Source: Octopus bimaculoides (Eukaryota). Taken from it: 63,384 nt of DNA. The position numbers and the translations under genes were made by a program. Below, one piece after another: positions 38,505-51,131 of this stretch (the first letter of the stretch is position 1; each line of letters opens with the position of its first letter). A model generated the notes under the pieces. That model ran no database searches and was not told the origin of the DNA. It saw only the letters and a program-made list of their open reading frames with translations. The stretch lies in assembly GCF_001194135.2 (NCBI RefSeq), contig NC_068986.1:105891701-105955084 (forward strand). The letters are read 5' to 3'.

Positions 38505-38617
38505 GTTTAGTGAGGACTCCATCCAGCAAAGTGAGGCTGACAACCACTCCGCGGAAGTGGTTGAACCACGAGTCAAATGTAAGAGCCTTCAATGCAGCAT
38601 TTCTGTCGCTTGGTGGC
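38505..38617 (-). CDS. GUF1: GUF1 exon (PPSDRNAALKALTFDSWFNHFRGVVVSLTLLDGVLTK)
   Basis: LxAL.FDS.F...RGV motif of EF4 domain II; 113 nt, phase 2 to 1. Confidence 0.95.
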
Positions 38618-38887
38618 CTGCAAATGACAAAAACAATACTACTACTACTATTACTACAACTAATAATAATCATTTCTACAATAGGCACAAGGCCTGAAAT
38701 TTTGGGGGAGCGGGAGGGGAGGTCGATTAGATTGACCCCCAGTATGCAACAGGTACTTATTTTATTGACCCCCAAAAGGATGAAAGGCGAAGTCAACCTT
38801 GGCGGAATTCATACTCAGAATGTAGAGACAGATGAAATACCGCTAAGCATTTTGTCCAGCATGCTAACAATTCTGCCAGCTCGTAAC

Positions 38888-38932
<45 letters not shown>

Positions 38933-38934
38933 AA

Positions 38935-39320
38935 AATGTAGAACCTGAAGACTAAAACAATACCTGTTGTCATAGGTGCCCTGAGAATGATAGCAAAAGG
39001 GGGCTGATTGCTACCTAGTTCAGATACCAGGAAACCCTAAAATGGCAGAAATTCAAAAGATAGTGCTCATGGGAACTGCCCATATCCTACGTAAAATACT
39101 TTCTATGTAATCTCAAATTTTAAAACAAACATAATTTTCTTATGTTTTCTTAAACATTCTCTAGAACAACACAATGTACAAAACCAAATATATGGCACCC
39201 TAGGCATAACACCAACATGAACTTCTAACTTGTTTTCTCTTGAGGTCTCTGGGTGAGACTTGGAGCTGTGTACAAATATAAAGCAAAAGTCAAACATAAA
39301 ATTATAATAATAATAACAAC
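38935..39320 (+). mobile_element. 3' end of the same RLE LINE family, bounded by (AAT)n
   Basis: Near-duplicate of 39630-39770, plus AHILRKILSM-stop, 3' UTR and AAT tail. Confidence 0.8.
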
Positions 39321-39339
39321 AGGCATGATAGAACTGCAC

Positions 39340-39775
39340 AATATATTCACTGAGTAATTTGCAAAATCCTGAACTTGCCCCATGATAAAAACTGGTGGGA
39401 ACACAAACCACCTTCAGTGCTTGAAAAGGATCACATCTCACTCCTCTGGAACTTCACCATTCAAACTAACAGAAAGAGAGATGCGAATAGGCCAGAGATT
39501 ATAATGAAATACTTCAGACAACATTCATGCCTCCTCATTGATATGACTGTCCCAATCGATATAAACGTATCTGTCAAGACCTACCAAGAACTGAGCAGGT
39601 ATAAAGATCTAGAAATAGAAATTTGCAAAATGTGGAACCTGAAGACTAAAACAATATCTATTGTCGTAGGTGCCCTAGAAATGATAGCAAAAGGGCCTGA
39701 TTGCTACCTAGCTCAGATACCAGGAAACCCCAAAATGGCAGAAATTCAAAAGATAGTGCTCATAGGAACTTAATG
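39340..39775 (+). mobile_element. Restriction-like-endonuclease (R4/Dong-type) LINE ORF fragment
   Basis: LLWNFTIQT...NRPEII...LIDMTVP.D.N...RYKDLEIEI.KMW...IVVGALE, the RLE domain motif. Confidence 0.85.
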
Positions 39776-40008
39776 AAATTTGAACTCAAGAACATGAGAA
39801 GTTGGGAGAAATGTATCTCTCATTAAAAATATATCTCTCATTGAATTATATCAAAGTGGACATTATTCTCACCAAAGTAGTAATTCTTTATAACAGCAGG
39901 ACGCACATTAGCTCTACGATGGTCCCAGAAACTAGTGCTGGTTTGTTACTTTAGTTAATACATTTGAGCCAAAGCAATATCGAAGGGAGAGCACATGAAA
40001 GAACTTAC

Positions 40009-40073
40009 GGAGGTATACGCTCAATTATAGTCTCCAGCAATTCAAGGACACCGGTACCCAGTTTAGCAGAAAC
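40009..40073 (-). CDS. GUF1: GUF1 exon (VSAKLGTGVLELLETIIERIPP)
   Basis: SAK G5 motif; attgcag acceptor, GTAAGT donor, 65 nt. Confidence 0.96.
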
Positions 40074-40376
40074 CTGCAATAAATAAATAAATAATAAAGA
40101 TGATGATAATAATAATAATAATAGTGATAATAATAACGCCGCCGCCGCCGCCGCCGTCGCCGTCGTCGTCGTCGTCGTCGTTGTTATTATTCATATACAC
40201 ACAACAGATTAGACTATCGGAAAAGAAAAGGTCCTAAAACAAGGCTACAACATGTAATCATTGATGGCAAGAATCGTCCTAAGCATCTTAGCTGTCCTTA
40301 GTAACACTGTTTTCTGGAGCTGTAAAATACAAAAAAACAAAAAAAAAAACTCAAACAAACAATGGTAAACACTTAC

Positions 40377-40538
40377 CTTTAATGTTGTGCTTGGTTCTAT
40401 GTCAAAAATAGATTTGAGTTGTTGCAGAACTTCTTCAGGTCTGGCAACCTTTAGATCTATCTTATTCAACACAGGAATAATGGTTTTCTTTAGCTCCAAA
40501 GCCAGATAATAGTTGGCAACTGTCTGGGCTTGAACTCC
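40377..40538 (-). CDS. GUF1: GUF1 exon (GVQAQTVANYYLA...IIPVLNKIDL...PSTTLK)
   Basis: NKID G4 motif; 162 nt, phase 0 to 0, GTAAGT donor. Confidence 0.97.
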
Positions 40539-40567
40539 CTGACAAAAGAAAATATTAGATATTATTA

Positions 40568-40830
40568 ACCAAACTGGATAGACGAATGTTGAGGTGGTTT
40601 GGCCACATGGCGACAATGGATGAGGAGTGGATGGTGGTGAAGGTAGAAGTGGTAGGCAACAGATCCAGAGGCAGGCCTTGGTTTGTGTGGATGGATGGAA
40701 AGAGGAAAGCTTTGGTGGTTAGGTGGAGTGAGAGAGGCAAGGGAGTTTATAAATTTTAGGAAAAGTTGGAGAGTGTTTGTGGATGGATGAGGGAATTCTG
40801 ATGTTGCTCAAAGGGGTATGGAACCAGCAG
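40568..40830 (+). mobile_element. RTE LINE ORF2 C-terminal fragment
   Basis: RRMLRWFGHMATM...GNRSRGRPWFVWMD matches the RTE LRWFGH...RGRP..W.D motif. Confidence 0.8.
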
Positions 40831-41601
40831 GATGCGGCGGGGGCAAACCAGCATATGCTGTCACGCAGTGGGACTGAACCCAGAACCATGTGGTTGGTAA
40901 GCAGGCTACTTACCACACAGCCATTCCTGCGCCTATGATACTCCAGAGATCCTTCAGAGGGACTCTATTTCGGTTGCTTGTCTTTGCAATTGTACCCTTT
41001 CAGTTATTATCCAACATTTATAACCATAGGTAAGAATATAAACAAACAAACAAACTGAAGATAGCTAGTTCAGATTAGGGACAGCATAAATGCCACAACC
41101 TATCATTCTTTCTTCCTCAAGATATTGGACACATGGATGGAAAATAACCAATATTTTGATGGAATAAAATATTTAATTTCAAAATTTGGAACAGGGTCAG
41201 CAATTTTAAGAAAGGGGTAGGTCAATTACATCCACCCCAGTATCCATCAATATCATCATCACCATCATTATTATCATTTAACATCCATTGTCTATGCTGG
41301 CATGGGTTGGATGGTTTTACTGGGCTGGTACACTGGAAGGCTGCACCAGACTCCGGTCTGATTTGGCATGGTTTTCTACAGCTGGATGCCCTTCCTAATG
41401 CCTACCACTCTGAGAATGTAATGGGTACTTTTACACGGGTGCCATTTGTCCTTATTTTATTGATCCCAAAAAAGAATGAAAGGCAAAGTACAGTCGACAG
41501 TATATGAACTCAAAATGTGAAGGGCTAAAATAAAACTCCCCTAAGCATTTTGTCCGGTGCAATAATTACCTTAAGTAAAATATATAACGAGAGTTGCTTA
41601 C

Positions 41602-41682
41602 GTGATTTGCGTCCACTAAGAGAAGAACCCCCTGACAGGCTGACATTGAGCGAGAGACTTCATACTGGAAATCAACATGGCC
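41602..41682 (-). CDS. GUF1: GUF1 exon ([27 protein letters not shown])
   Basis: Completes DTPGHVDF (G3); ttcttccag acceptor, GTAAGC donor, 81 nt. Confidence 0.97.
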
Positions 41683-42573
41683 CTGGAAGAAATAGATATA
41701 ACAACATTATAGTATAGAATTATGGGGGGGGGGGCACACTGTATAGGAAACTGATGCAGGGGTCAGAAGGAAATAGTAGATTGATAGTAGTAGTAGTAGT
41801 AGTAGTAGTAGTCAGAAGTAGTAGTAGTAGTAGTCAGAAGTAGCAGTAGTAGGAGTAGTAGTAGTAGTAGTAGTGGTAGTAGTAGTAGTAGTAGCAGTAG
41901 TATCCACCATTTGTTGGCGATTCCTCACTCCTGGCAGGTGGCATCTTTGCACCACTCTGGCAACAACCCTTCAACCCATGGGTCTGTGTGGGTAGTCATT
42001 GTTGGAGAGGGTTTTACGAGGTCAGAGTGCAAATCCTAGCTCAACCTCTTTTAGTCACCTTTAATGAAATGTTGGGTTTTTCTTTTCACACGCTGGTCTC
42101 CACACAGCACAGACTGATAAATTGTTATTAAAGGTATATGAGTGATGGTGGTACAATGATCGTAGTAGGAGAGTGGTCATAATACTACATAAGGGACTGT
42201 ACCAATTTACAAACAATAGCATCATCATCATTGTTTAACGTCTGCTTTCCATGCTAGCATGGGTTGGACAATTTGACTGAGGACTGGCGAACCAGATGGC
42301 TGCACCAGGCTCCAATCTGATTTGGCAGAGTTTCTACAGCTGGATGCCCTTCCTAATGTCAACCACTCCGAGAGTGTACTGGGTGCTTTTACATGCCACC
42401 AGCACGAGGGCCAGTCACACGGTACTGGCAACGGCCACACTCAAAAAGGTGTTTCTTACGTGCCACCTGCATGGAAGCCAGTCCAGCAGCACTGGCAATG
42501 ACCGCTGGACTGGCTCCCTTGCATGTAACATATATATATGAAAGAAATTGATGTATACAGTGCTCAAGGTGCA

Positions 42574-42843
42574 CTACAACTTTGAAAAACAAAAGTTGTT
42601 GTTGTAAAGGTGGTGGATAATCTTGTGGGTGTTGATCAAATCAGTTGCCAGACGTCTGAGCTTCAATGTGTCCATGCTCAGAATATGGTAGATGCCTGAT
42701 GGAGGGTATGTGTTTTGTGGTGTGTGTTTTGTTGCACATTCCTGAACAGTTTCCAGGAGATTTATATGCCGAACAAGATAGGGGTTCCAGACAGGTGAGG
42801 CAAATTCTAAGCGTGGATGTACCATTACCACATACGGTTTCAA
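42574..42843 (-). mobile_element. CR1/L2-group LINE RT C-terminal fragment
   Basis: PRLEFASPVWNPY...LETVQ...ATK...LRRLATDL...HKII motif. Confidence 0.8.
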
Positions 42844-43113
42844 ATAGGTAGCTGGAGAGTGGCTGGGTTTAATCTATATGTAAGAGGACAGTTCTATGAT
42901 GGTAATATTCCTTTACTCTTTTTTTTTGTTTCAGTCATTTGACTGTGGCCATGCTGGAGCACTGCCTTTAGTTGAGCAAATCGACTAGTATTTATTTTAT
43001 TGGTCTCTTTTGCCAAACTGCTAGGTTACGGGGATGTAAACACACCACCATCGGTTGTCAAGCAATGTTGGGGGGACAAACACAGACACACAAACATATA
43101 CACACACGCACAA

Positions 43114-43150
<37 letters not shown>

Positions 43151-44006
43151 TACGACGGGCTTCTTTCAGTTTCCGTCTACCAAATGCACTCACAAGGCTT
43201 TGGTTGGCCCAATGCTATAGTAGAAGACACTTACCCAAGGTGCTACGCAGTGGGACTGAACCAGGAACCATGTGGTTCGTAAGCAAGCTAATTACCACAC
43301 AACCACTCCTATGTCTATAATATTTATTTCTTTATTGCCTACAAGGGGCTAAACAGAGAGAGGACAAACAAGGACAGACAAAGGGATTAAGTTGATTACA
43401 TTGACCCCAGTGCATAACTGGTACTTATTTAATCGACCCTGAAAGGATGAAAGGCAAAGTTGACCTCGGTGGAATTTGAACTCCGAACTTAATGGCAGAC
43501 GAATTACCACTAAGCATTTCACCCAACGTGCTAACTATTCTGCCAGTCAGCCACCTTTCAATCATAAATATTCTTTTCTACTCTAGGCACAAGGCCCGAA
43601 ATTTATAGAGGGGGGGGGCAGTCGATTAGATCGACCCCAGTACACAATTGGTACTTAATTTATCAACCCCGAAAGGATGAAAGGCAAAGTCGACCTCGGC
43701 GGAATTTGAACTCAGAACGTAGCGGCAGATGAAATACCGCTAAGCATTTCGCCCGGCGTGCTAACGTTTCTGCCAGCTCACCGCCCTAAAATAGTAATAT
43801 AGACATGTAGGTAATAGCAGTGAATTAGCGTCACTGGTATGTTGTACCTGACTGAACAAATTTATGATCAAAAGCATTTCAACCATGACGTGTGTGTTTG
43901 TATGTAGGCATGTTTGTATGTAGGCATATTTGAAATGTAGGCATGTTTGTATGTAGGCATATTTGAAATACAATCTGTAAAAGACACATAATCCCTTACA
44001 ACTTAC

Positions 44007-44155
44007 TGGAGTGTCAATAAGGTTCAGTAAATATTGTTTCCCTTTATATGTATGTATCAGTGAGACAGTCTGCGCTTTAACTGTGATTCCTCTTTCACGT
44101 TCTATCTGAAGTTTGTCCAACACTTGTTTGTTGTCCTTTGTGGTCGGAATCGTTC
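44007..44155 (-). CDS. GUF1: GUF1 exon ([30 protein letters not shown]...LLNLIDTP)
   Basis: [12 protein letters not shown] and LNLIDTP translational GTPase motifs; 149 nt, phase 1 to 0. Confidence 0.97.
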
Positions 44156-44347
44156 CTGCAAGAGGTAGAATAAAATCGTTATTAATGTCTACCATCAAAA
44201 TATATAGCACATACACACACACATTTGTATCTACTAACTTTACTTACAGCACTTTGGTGAGTTCACGGTTTCGCAATCTTTTTACCCTTGTGTAACTCCT
44301 AAAATAAATTACATCTCAAGGAACTCCTGCACACTATACACACACAC

Positions 44348-44378
<31 letters not shown>

Positions 44379-45519
44379 CCAACGTTGCCTTCCTGGCACA
44401 TAAAAAGACATTCGTGTGAGATCGTTGCCAGTGCCGATAGACTGGCTCCTGTGCAGGTGGCACGTAAAATACACCATTTTGAGCGTGGCTGTTGCCAGTA
44501 CCGCCTGACTGGCCCTCATGCCGGTGGCAAGTAAAAGCACCCACCACACTCTGAGTGGTTGGCGTTAGGAAGGGCATCCAACTGTAGAAACTCTGCCAAA
44601 TCAGATTGGAGCCTGGTGTCGTCTCCTGGTCCACCAGTCCTCAGTCAAATCGTCCAACCCATGCTAGCATGGAAAGCGGACGTTAAACGACGATGATGAT
44701 GATGATGATGATATATATAAATATATATATATATACGTATATATATATATATATACGCATATATATATATGTGTATATATACTTTTTGAGGGTATGTTCC
44801 AATACGTCATCACAACCATTTTCATTACTTTTTTCCCAGTTCAGGCAGTGATGGACCTCCTCTGCAACAAAGACACCTGTTTCTATACCCCTGTGATACC
44901 CTTGCCTCTCAGCACCAGGTATAACCACCACCACCACCCCACTGCCTCAATTGAAGAATCTTGTCTTGTGAGCATCTTGGCAACTTGACTAATATCAGTG
45001 ACACAGAAATGCACCAAGAGCACTCTGTAAAGTGGTTGGCATAAGGAAGGGCATAAAACCATAGAAACCATGCAAAAATAGACATTGGTGCTCAACATGG
45101 TCCTGTCAAACCATCTGATCCACACCTGTATGGAATATGGATACTAAATGAGAATAATGATGAGGACGACGATGACGACGATGATGATGATGATGATGAT
45201 TTGGCTAATAACTTAATCCAACCGAAGGTGGTGAGCAGGCTGGATTGTTAGCTTGTTGGGCCAAATGTGGCTTTTTATTTGTCTTTATATTCTTGAGTTC
45301 AAATTCCGCCAAGGCTGACTTTATCTTTTATCCTTTCAAGGTCTTATTCAATAAAATAAGTACCAGATAAATATTGGGGGTCGATCCCCAAAATTTCTGG
45401 CCTTGTGCCAAGATTTGAAACCAATGTCTTAATCTAGTCGTGAGGAGAAGGTCAGAATTGTGAAAATCTTAATAGGTATTTTTGAAGATGGCAATTAGAA
45501 ACAGTAAGATTTCACTTAC

Positions 45520-45625
45520 CTGTAAATTCCAGTAAACGATCGGATAAAGTGCTTTTACCATGGTCGACATGAGCTATGATGCTAAAATTTCGAATGTATT
45601 CAACAGGAAATTTGGATAAGTCCAC
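45520..45625 (-). CDS. GUF1: GUF1 exon, G1/P-loop ([35 protein letters not shown])
   Basis: LepA/EF4 [22 protein letters not shown] motif; ttcag acceptor, GTAAGT donor, 106 nt. Confidence 0.97.
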
Positions 45626-46066
45626 CTGAAGAATGGTAAATAAACATCAAAGTTAATTCGTTTAGGCAGAGGATTTGCTGAGGATATACATAAACATATT
45701 GTTCAGTGGAACATGATTACATATCATCGTCATCATTTAATGTCCGTTGTCCATGCTGGCATGGGTTGGACAGTTTGACTCTGGCTGGAAAGCTGGAAGG
45801 TTGCACCAGAATCTAGTCTGATTTGGCATGGTTTTCTATGGCTGGATGCCCTTCCTAATGCCAACCACTCTGAGAGTGTAGTGGGTGCTCTTATGTGCCA
45901 TTGGCGCGTAAAAGCACCCATTACACTCTCGGAGTGGTTGGCGTTAGGAAGGGCATCTAGCTGTAGAGACCATGCCAAATCAGACTGGAGTCTGGCAAAG
46001 CTTTCCTGCATGCCAGCCTTGGTCAAACTATCCAGCCCATGCCAGTAGGGACAATGGACATTAAAC

Positions 46067-46102
<36 letters not shown>

Positions 46103-46168
46103 ATGTAATCATCTCCACTGAACAATAATTAAATGTTAGTTTGGCAATCAGAATACAGATGTCCGTGA

Positions 46169-46212
<44 letters not shown>

Positions 46213-46232
46213 AATAAATTAAGGAGATTTAC

Positions 46233-46287
46233 CTTGGGTGAAGATGAACTGTAATTTTGATGTAGAACACAGGATTGAAAGGAAGAC
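46233..46287 (-). CDS. GUF1: Probable GUF1 N-terminal exon (SSFQSCVLHQNYSSSSPK), presequence-like
   Basis: atattttcag acceptor, GTAAAT donor, 55 nt, ends in phase 0 matching the next exon; no in-frame ATG upstream before a stop; no sequence homology support. Confidence 0.6.
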
Positions 46288-48579
46288 CTGAAAATATAAT
46301 TGAAATGATCAAATTACTGTTAGTGAATGAAACAGACATCAACTAACAGTTTGTGCTGGACTAGATGGGAAGTAGATACTTTCAGTAACTGAACTGGACA
46401 TTAATTAACATTAGAAGTGGACAATGACTGACGAAGACAACAGCAGGCTGAAATATAGAATCCAAAAGTTGATACATGCAATTACTTATAGATTTATCTA
46501 CTTTGAATTCCAATGATAAAAATGAATTATTTCATGTTCTCTTGAAGTTACTAAATTCTTATGACATGAACAATGTAAATTTTCATTGGTAAGAACAAGA
46601 TTTCTAAAATAGAGAAATTCAAAGGGTTGCTTTGGTCCAATGGTAGAACATCTGTCGTATTTACAAAAGATGTTGCTTCAAATCCTATGAGCAACCTTAG
46701 ACTTTCCCAAAAAGTATTTTTCAACCCAAAATTTGCATGCCATTCATCATCATCATCATCATCGTTTAACATCCGTTTTCCATGCTGGCATGGGTTGGAC
46801 GGTTTGACTGAGGACTGGCAAGCCAGAAGGCTGCACCAGTCTCCAAACTGATCTGGCAAAGTTTCTACAGCTGGATGCCCTTCCTAATGCCAACCACTCC
46901 AAGAGTGTAGTGGGTGCTTTTACATGCTACTGGCACGAGGGCCAGTTAGGTAGTACTGGCAATAGCCACACTCAAATGGGGTTTTTTAACGTGTCACCTG
47001 TACAGGAACCAGTCCAACAGCACTGGCAACAATCTCGCTTGGATGGTGCTCTTAGCACTCCACTAGCACAGATGCCAGGCATGCGGTGCTGTCCTACTTT
47101 AAGTTCCATCATTAAAAATGAATAATAATTAATTTTCAATAATAAATTTTTACAGGTGCTGGCATGGCTCTGTGGTAAGAAGCTTGCTTCCCAACTGGCT
47201 GACCAAAGCCTTGTGAGTGGATTTAGAAGACAGAAACTGAAAGAAGCCTGTGGTATACACATGTATATAAATACCTATATGTGTGTGTGTCTATGTGTCA
47301 GTGTTTGTCCTCTGCCACCACTTGACAAGCTGGTAGCGGTGGGTTTAAGCCCACATAATCTAGCGGTTCAACAAAAAATATTGAGAAACTAAGTACCAGG
47401 CTTAAAAGATAATCAAATACTAGGGTCAATTCATTTGGGGTTATGTCTTTGCATTCGACATCACTTCGTCAAACATCTTTTGGTCTGACATCACTTCGTC
47501 AAATGTCTTTACATCCAGGTTTTTTTGTCCGACATCTTTTTGTGTTATGATTTTCTTTGTCCAACAACTTTTGTCCAATTTTAAATAAGTTCTTTAGAAA
47601 ACAAGGTGAAATATCTCTAATGATATATTCACAGAACTATAATGAGCCTCATTATAGGATTGTTATTATCATTCTTTTTTCTTCTCTGTTAACAGTTTTT
47701 CTTCCTCTTTTTCCTTCTCTCTTTTAAGTATGGTGCTATATATAGAGAGTGCTGCAAATTTAGTGTACACATTTTTAATTTATCCATCCCGAAATGATAA
47801 AGTTCATAGTAACGACCAAAAAGCAAAAGAAAAGTAGTCGATGAAAGTTATTGCATCTATGTTTTTCATTTAAGCAATACAAAACTAGGAAAAAAATACT
47901 GGAGATGCGAGGAAAGAAGGCTGTGTTTAGTGACATCGGACGAAAAGTCAGATCATGGATTCATTCGATTAAAATTCTTCATGGTGGTGCCCCAGCATGG
48001 TCGCAATCTAATGACTAAAACAACTTAAAGATAAAAATGATGAAGAATTCAGTAATTAAACTTTGTTGTTAATGAATATCATTAAGCTGGTGTTGGGAAA
48101 TAAAATTATTTTGGAAGGTTTTCAATTAGCCATATTTCTGCTGAAATATACAACCTTTTTTTTTCTTAATTAATTTTGAAAATAATTAAGAACTTAATAA
48201 AAAAAACTTCCTGATTACTATCTTTTATTTTTTACAGTCATTAGACTGTGGCCATGCTGGGACACCACCTGGAAGAATTTTTGGGTGAATGAATTCACCC
48301 CAGTATTAATTTTTTTATACTTGGTACTTATTCTATCGATCTTTTTCTGCTGAACTGCTAAGTTATGGGAATATAAACACACCAACATGTGTTATCAGGT
48401 GCTGGTGGGCAAACATAGACACTAAAGTTCTATATTTAAGAGATGAGGAATTATGTACATTATTTACATTTCACGGATATTTGTCCTCATCTTGTTTTTT
48501 GTTAACACGTTTCGGCTAATATACCCTCTAGACTTCACCAGGTGTCTTGGGGAAATTTTGAGCCTAATAGTAATAATAA

Positions 48580-48835
48580 TAATAATAGTAGGTGCCTTAG
48601 GTATAATAAAAAAAATATTCAGACAAATACATAACAAAAACACCAGGACTTACAAATATATATAACATACAGAAAATTGCACTACTGGGCACAGCACACA
48701 TCCTATGCAAAACACTTTCAATACAGTAACCATAAGAGCACCACAGCAAACCACAGCACATACCCAAGGCGCACAGAGCTGCGCTTGGTAGTGAAGTGAA
48801 AGCACGTTAAAAAGATAAAACTACTGAACAATAAT
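48580..48835 (+). mobile_element. RLE LINE 3' end within (AAT)n
   Basis: IVGALGIIKK, one-base frameshift, then IQKIALLGTAHILCKTLSIQ-stop; AAT runs on both sides. Confidence 0.8.
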
Positions 48836-48916
48836 AATAATAATAATTATAATAATAATAACAACAACATCTAAAAATACCTTAGGAATGAGAACCCAGG
48901 TTCGAAATTTCCCCAA

Positions 48917-48962
48917 GACATCTGATGAAGGCTGGAGGGTATATCAGCCGAAACGTTGCTTT
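48917..48962 (+). ncRNA. Second copy of the same hammerhead module, stem I damaged
   Basis: CUGAUGA core, GGCUG/CAGCC stem II and GAAACGUU intact; stem I arms GACAU/GCUUU mismatched. Confidence 0.5.
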
Positions 48963-49598
48963 AACAACAAACAAGATGAGGACAAATATCCGTCAAATGT
49001 AAATAATAAACACAGACGATAGGCTTCTGTCAGTTTCTGTCCATGAAATCCACTCGCAAGGCTTTGGTGAGTCCAAGACTGAACCTGGAGCCATGTCATT
49101 GAGAAGCAAACTTCTTACCACACAGCTATGTCTGTGCCTATAAAACCTGTCAAACTTTAAATTTTTTGATAGAAAGTATTGAAGGTTCTAATTTAGATCA
49201 CTTTAAAACATGAAGTTTGTATCACAGAACCAGGGACAGTCTCAGGAAGGTTAGTATCAAAAGGGTTAAACATGAACAGCCTAAAACAAATAGGGGTTAA
49301 GAGATTCAGTAGCCATGAAGAGACTAGGAATTGCTTTTCATCTAAGAGTAAAGAAGAGAGAGAGCAAGAGGTGCTGTTACTTGGGCTGAAGGGAAAACAT
49401 TAACTTCTTTTCTTCCACAGTACTGTGGACAATAGCAAGGAGTGAGAACTGGGCAGTCGTTATTAGTATTTTGGACAATAGCTAACAGGAAGTGAATGAC
49501 AGCTAAGAGACGATTGGACAATATCTAACAATAGACATGGACTGTAACTGGACAATAATTAACTGCGGCTGTGAGCTTGTGTTGGCTGCCGTTGAGAC

Positions 49599-49872
49599 CA
49601 GGGCTGTGGAGTTGAAACAAAAAACTTTGACTGTGACTCCTCTACTATTGGTAGCTTTGACTCCCGACTCCTCTTTGCGTAATTAAGTGATTGTGGTCTA
49701 CATACCCCATAAAGCATATGCATACGCTTGTACTTTGAGTAGGCCTATATGTTAGAACTGGTTTATATTAAAAAATAAAGCTATCGTGAGTCGGAATCAG
49801 AGTCGGTATGGTTTTACGGACTCCGACTCCAGCTACCCCTTAATTGTTTCCGACTCTGACTCCATAGCTTTG
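49599..49872. mobile_element. hAT-like MITE, long copy of the same family
   Basis: Same TIR and internal sequence as 31048; 8-bp TSD GTTGAGAC/GTTGAAAC. Confidence 0.78.
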
Positions 49873-50976
49873 GTTGAAACAAGTGTTCTTGGACACCACA
49901 CTACCAATTTCTTCTATAAAATCAGGATAACTGTAGCTCGTCTTAGATATGAGCCCCATGAGGTGAGATGGCCGTTGCTGGCCATTGCCTGCACCAATGC
50001 CATTGAGGTCATGCCCACGAGGTACTCCATTTGTTCTGGGATGTACATCCTGTTACTCCCTCCCACCGTCTTCTGCTACTCAATCCCCACCCCACCAATT
50101 TTTCTTTTTCTTTGTTTTCTTATGATAGCTACGGGTTTTTCTCTCAATAATTTGATCCTTTAGACTTTTAATATCTTTTCCCTTTCATTAACAGAGTGGG
50201 AGGGCAGGAACTAACTGAGATGTGGGCAGCAACTGGACATCAGCCAACAACAGAAGTGGGCAGAACTGGACATCAGCTAAAAATGGAAGTTGGCAGTTAG
50301 TAGCTGAGGGCTGGGTATTAACTGGACAATAACTAACAAGTGAAAGTGGATAGAAATTCAGAGCCTATAGCAGAAATGGGTGGTAATTAACTGAGGGCTG
50401 GGCAATAAACAGGGACACTCAATGGTGAAAATGGGCAGTAACAAACAGATGAATGGATGGTCAATAACAACCAATAGGATGAGGAGAAAATAGATTCATC
50501 AATAAGTGAAAAAGAATTATTGATCTACCTAGTTCCTTCTTGCTACAGTAACATAACAAAACCTTGTTATTATCTTTAAAAAATAGTATATCAGTAGAAT
50601 GTTTTTAATACTGACTCTGGTTTATATAACACTGGTTATAAAATATTCATTAGAGATGATATCATTAAAAATAATAAAAATACAATATTGGGATACTGTA
50701 TAATTAGATATACTGTTTACAATAAGAAATTACTTAGAGATTATTTTTTATGGTGAAATGTGTCATGTTATATACATAGATACGTATCTGTGTGTGTGTG
50801 TGTGAATGTGTGTGTGTATGTGTGCGTGTGTAGATAAGAAGCTCACCCCGAACCAAGATATCTTGGGTTCAGTTCCAAGCAGTGACCTGAACAATAATAA
50901 TAATAATAATAACGATAATAATAATAACATCGAAAAATATCTTAGGAATGAGAACCCAGGTTCTAAATTTCCCCAA

Positions 50977-51022
50977 GACACCTGAAGAAGGCTGGAGGGT
51001 ATATCAGCCGAAACGTTGTGTT
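50977..51022 (+). ncRNA. Minimal hammerhead motif in a ~140-bp Penelope-like terminal repeat module
   Basis: GACAC-CUGAAGA-A-GGCUG-GAGGGUAUAU-CAGCC-GAA-ACGU-U-GUGUU; stem III possible only in a dimer; GUU site. Confidence 0.6.
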
Positions 51023-51131
51023 AACAACAAACAAAATGAGGACAAATATCCATTGAATGTAAATAATGCTAATAATCAATAATTTTACCAAGTAGTCAGT
51101 ACGTTAAAAAAACCTTTTTAGGTGAATTATT

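Noticed and set aside
48504-48546. Third hammerhead module copy on the minus strand
   Set aside because: Core is CUGGUGA, stem II is weakened and the cleavage triplet is deleted; kept only as a decayed copy
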